From Candidatus Cloacimonadales bacterium (GTDB lineage Bacteria; Cloacimonadota; Cloacimonadia; Cloacimonadales; JAFGVF01): DNA of 64,000 nucleotides. The DNA lies in contig OY759729.1 of NCBI GenBank assembly GCA_963662585.1, forward strand, positions 1,536,001 to 1,600,000, given 5' to 3'. Position numbers and translations under genes: made by a program. The notes beneath the pieces are model-generated. The model did not search any database. It was not told the origin of the DNA and was given only the letters and a program-made list of their open reading frames with translations. Below, one piece after another: positions 60,331-64,000 of this stretch (position 1 is its first letter; every line of letters starts with the position of its first letter).

Positions 60331-61998
60331 TTAACCTGCACTAGCACCACCACCTCCGCCACCGACAGATCCTCCACCTGAGCCACCATGAGCAACTGAA
60401 GTTACAACAACAACTGTTATTAAGGTATTAAGTGCTTCAATATCATCAGCAACTTCTCCTAGATTTGGGAAATTAAGTTCAATATTTTTCTTTTTAAAAT
60501 AGCGGATAAACTGTTGCCCGTATCCCATTAAGAGAATATAAGGGAATAACTCTTCAGCATCGTTAGGTGATAACTGATCTTCTTTGTTACGCAAAGTTCT
60601 AGTAATATAACTGCGAAAAGCCTTCCACTCTTTCCATTTTTCTAAACCCCTAGGACTAAGAATAGCTTTATCATCTAAATGCAACATCATATATATCCAA
60701 TAACTAAAGATAGCAAAAGCGGGAATTGGAGCTAAACCATATCCTTTAGTAAAGAATATTGCTCCTGTGATAGTTGCCACAACCCCGAGAATAAGTAAGA
60801 CAAAGAAGAAAAGAACTTTCTGATAGTATTTTTTCTTCTTTTGAACATCAATAAAACCGGTCTCAACAAACTTACGATTAATAAGTTCCAACAACCCTTT
60901 TTTATGACGATATGAGTTGGTAACTAAAGCTTTAAGTTCAATTCTCTTTTCCTTTCTATTTTCTTCTTTTCTAAGCAACTCAATATATCCTAAATCAAGG
61001 TCATCAGCTTTGGAAACATCATCAGCAATATCTATGTAATAATCGTTTATCGGTTTTCCCTTTTTATTGGTTACTTGAGTAAATGAGATTACCTGTTTAA
61101 TCGCCATGTGCATAAGAACCGGGATTAGATTTATATCATCTGAGCCAACTTGAAGAAGTCTAGCCACTAAGGCTGGATGTTTATGAGAAGGCAAATTAGT
61201 CATTTTGGGCAAAGATTTTATCTGTACATTATACCTTTTAATGAGAATAAATATTACACTAATGAGAAATAGAATTAGCCCTATGATTAGTATTTTATAG
61301 AACTTTCCATAGGGTATCAAGTTAGGAAATTCTTCAAAAACATCAGGACCCTGGTTAGGAGATGTGAAAGTACTAATTTCCATTAAATCAAGCGGAATAT
61401 TACTCTTAATATTGAATGATTTTCCTTTTAAATTGCTAAAGCTACAAATTAAACTATTACCCACCTCTTCATAATTAACATTTTTAGTATTATCCAAAAA
61501 GTTAACAATATCAAACATTGCTATATCTTGTGGAAAATTTATCGTTACTTTACCTGATTTAATGAGGAAATCATATTTATCTGGCAGAGGAGTCCAATCT
61601 AAGACTGCCTTTTTATTTTTTATTTTTAGGGCATTATAAACTTTGTAATCAAGAGTAAAACGAATAACTTCGTCAGAGATATTGTTTAGATTAAACTTAG
61701 CATTTAGATGATCAGAGTTTTTTAAACTTACAGTCTCTGCCACATTTCCAGAAGGGATCTGCTTTCCATCTAGCATTGCTTTATTTAAGAGAATAAATCC
61801 ATCTTTTGGAGCTCTTACATCTCTTTTTACCCATCTAAATGGTCCACCTTCAAAATGATATAAGGAAGTCTCTTCAATATCTAATGTTCCATCTTTATTA
61901 ACATTAATAATGCTGACAAATTCCTTTACAAAGTAAGTTTTTGCTGATAGTATCCCTAAAGTGGCAAAAAAGATTAGAATCATACAAAGTTTCCGCAT
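60331..61998 (-). CDS. DUF2207 family membrane protein
   Basis: N.DGTLDIEE N-domain, PALVA, W.AFR.Y, PY...G, Gly-rich tail GGGGGASAG. Confidence 0.85.
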   Translation of the reverse strand: MRKLCMILIFFATLGILSAKTYFVKEFVSIINVNKDGTLDIEETSLYHFEGGPFRWVKRDVRAPKDGFILLNKAMLDGKQIPSGNVAETVSLKNSDHLNAKFNLNNISDEVIRFTLDYKVYNALKIKNKKAVLDWTPLPDKYDFLIKSGKVTINFPQDIAMFDIVNFLDNTKNVNYEEVGNSLICSFSNLKGKSFNIKSNIPLDLMEISTFTSPNQGPDVFEEFPNLIPYGKFYKILIIGLILFLISVIFILIKRYNVQIKSLPKMTNLPSHKHPALVARLLQVGSDDINLIPVLMHMAIKQVISFTQVTNKKGKPINDYYIDIADDVSKADDLDLGYIELLRKEENRKEKRIELKALVTNSYRHKKGLLELINRKFVETGFIDVQKKKKYYQKVLFFFVLLILGVVATITGAIFFTKGYGLAPIPAFAIFSYWIYMMLHLDDKAILSPRGLEKWKEWKAFRSYITRTLRNKEDQLSPNDAEELFPYILLMGYGQQFIRYFKKKNIELNFPNLGEVADDIEALNTLITVVVVTSVAHGGSGGGSVGGGGGGASAG

Positions 61999-62129
61999 TT
62001 TAGCTCCTTAAAATTCATTTATACAAAAATATAATAATCTTTAACTATCGTCAATAAATAAATTCTAAATATTTTTCTTGCCATAATTTTATCAAATGAA
62101 TATTTATTTTTCAAGGAGTAAATTTAAAA

Positions 62130-63737
62130 TTGAAAAAAGTAACCCTATTCTCAGGATATATTATAGTACAGAATGAATTATATCGTGATCAAGATGCTAT
62201 CACTAAATTGGAAAAGCTTATCCAAGACCAAGAAATATTGGATGTTATTTCTACCCTGAATGGTAGTTTCAGATTTATTATAGAAACTTCAACACAGAGC
62301 TTTTTCGGGATTGATCATTTTGGAGGATATTCCTTATTTTATAGATTATATCCTAAACTCGAAATAATTATCAATCCTACCCAAAGTGCTAAATTGTCTG
62401 ATATTGAAGATAAGCAACTCTGTTCATTATTAGCATCAGGATTTTGCTATGGAGATAATACTATCTTCAAAAACATTAAAGAATGCATCCCAGGAATATT
62501 ATACTCTTTCGATAAAAGCACCAAGAAGCTCACATCTAAAGAGTGGTTTAGTATAGATTTTCGTCAGCAAAAAGTAAGCAGTAAAGATGAACTAACAAGT
62601 ATTCTACTCTCTTTGATTCCTAATAATTTCCCTCAAAGCTCTTTAGCCTTAACTGGGGGTATAGACTCTCGTTTATTACTATCTTTGTTTAGAAAAAAGG
62701 GAACTAAAATCCAAACTCTTACTTACGGGACAAGAGATAACCCTGATATGAAACTTGCTATTGACATCTCTCAAAAATCCCAGCTTGAACATCTCCCCAT
62801 CTACTTAGATAAACTTGATTTAGAAGCTTACTTCAATAATAAAGAGCTTTTGAATTTCTTTAAAGTAGGATTCTTAGGTCGTTCACTTCCCTTTGAAAGC
62901 GACTGGGTGGTTAGTAAAATTTTGAATGATTCTACTCAATGGGTAACGACAGGATTTACCAGCTTTTGGCTAAGATCACCTTACCAAGATCAAGTCCCCG
63001 TGCCCACGAAATCAAGCCTAATCTCAAAAATAGTTAATAGTCATTCCCAACAAACCCTAATTTCTTCATCAAAATTTAGAAAGCTTATTAGTGAGAATGT
63101 AGTTGAATCAATGTCCAATTTCCAATTAGATGATTTTGATTCAGATTATGACCGTTGGAATGTAGAGAACAGACAGCATAAATATATAATTAACAGTTGC
63201 AATAACTACCGTAATTCTGGTATTGAGGTCTTTCTTCCCCTTTTTGATAGAAGACTTATGGAATTTCTAAATGTTACTTCAAGAGAGCAGAGATTAGAAC
63301 AAAAGATTTATATGGAAACTATTATTTCTGATATTTTTATAAAAGAAGATAGTTACCTAAAAGATATAGCATCTACTAACCCTAAATTCAACAACCATAT
63401 TCAAGAGACTACTCCTAATCCTCTTAATTGGAAAGCGAGACTACTGAAATTAGATAAGCAAAATATTAACAGAATCTTGAGAACTCCTAATAATCCTATG
63501 TATGGAATTATCCAGTCTGTTCTTAGACAATCACCAAATTATCTCTCACTCAAAATCGAAGATGCTTTCCCTACTATTACCAAGACCATTGCGACCCTTT
63601 ATGATCTTAACTTAACTCATTCAGCGAATCATCTAAATTGGCTAAGGAATAAGAAAGTTGTGCAAATCAATCTGCTAGGTATCGAGATTATAGGTTTTTT
63701 AGTAGAAAACTTTGCTATTTTAATTGGTAACGAATAA
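62130..63737 (+). CDS. Asparagine-synthetase-related protein
   Basis: LNGSF..IDHFG degenerate GATase; LALTGGIDSR PP-loop; LPLFD; TTG start with AAGGAG upstream. Confidence 0.75.
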   Translation: MKKVTLFSGYIIVQNELYRDQDAITKLEKLIQDQEILDVISTLNGSFRFIIETSTQSFFGIDHFGGYSLFYRLYPKLEIIINPTQSAKLSDIEDKQLCSLLASGFCYGDNTIFKNIKECIPGILYSFDKSTKKLTSKEWFSIDFRQQKVSSKDELTSILLSLIPNNFPQSSLALTGGIDSRLLLSLFRKKGTKIQTLTYGTRDNPDMKLAIDISQKSQLEHLPIYLDKLDLEAYFNNKELLNFFKVGFLGRSLPFESDWVVSKILNDSTQWVTTGFTSFWLRSPYQDQVPVPTKSSLISKIVNSHSQQTLISSSKFRKLISENVVESMSNFQLDDFDSDYDRWNVENRQHKYIINSCNNYRNSGIEVFLPLFDRRLMEFLNVTSREQRLEQKIYMETIISDIFIKEDSYLKDIASTNPKFNNHIQETTPNPLNWKARLLKLDKQNINRILRTPNNPMYGIIQSVLRQSPNYLSLKIEDAFPTITKTIATLYDLNLTHSANHLNWLRNKKVVQINLLGIEIIGFLVENFAILIGNE

Positions 63738-64000
63738 GAGATTACTGACTTTTCTATTATTTCATAATCTAATATTCATCAATAATTCATTATTATAAAG
63801 CAACTTATCGCACATAATCTATCATTGATAATGTTGATTAAAATCAACAATTAGTAAATTAACGAAAGCAGTCAAAATCCACAATTACACCATAAATATT
63901 AATCAATATTTATTTTTATCTTCAGATATCATAACAATGGTATTTCATCAGAACTTTGTAATCAAATATTACTAATTCTATACAGTTAAATTTTTATCAA

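Noticed and set aside
1..64000. CRISPR array, tRNA, rRNA, prophage or IS transposase
   Set aside because: No regularly spaced repeats, cloverleaf or rRNA-like tracts, or phage/transposase ORFs were recognised by eye; tRNA-Sec was not seen in this window
63738..64000. Possible gene at the right edge
   Set aside because: Very AT-rich with frequent stops; nothing supportable

Overview
AT-rich bacterial chromosomal window using the standard genetic code; the protein repertoire suggests Candidatus Cloacimonadota or a relative (inference). In order: partial M42 peptidase, two small genes and rmuC; a 2096-aa C25 (gingipain-like) protease; a YtrA/GntR-ABC operon with its palindromic operator; a complete class C-like group II intron (12439-14550) inserted just after an intrinsic terminator; three secreted proteins with a FlgD-Ig/T9SS-like C-terminal domain (CTD); PP2C plus hybrid kinase; an orphan sRNA candidate; an MrfAB-like helicase/exonuclease pair with an HNH insert; TPR kinase, prmC and mscS; a porin-pstSCAB-phoU-phoBR-sigma factor cluster with a Pho box; a TolC/MacAB/LytST cluster; a DsbD-Omp28-TlpA-beta-barrel-CTD thiol-redox operon; and mltC-like, DUF2207 and asparagine-synthetase-like genes. 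Main finding: ORFs 16578-16877 and 14604-16556 are one reading frame joined by a single in-frame TGA in a C-E-S-U (CxxU) motif and followed by a bacterial SECIS-like hairpin. This is a probable 744-aa secreted, CTD-bearing selenoprotein, possibly served by the envelope thiol-redox relay encoded about 37 kb away. All family assignments come from motif recognition; no database searches were run.
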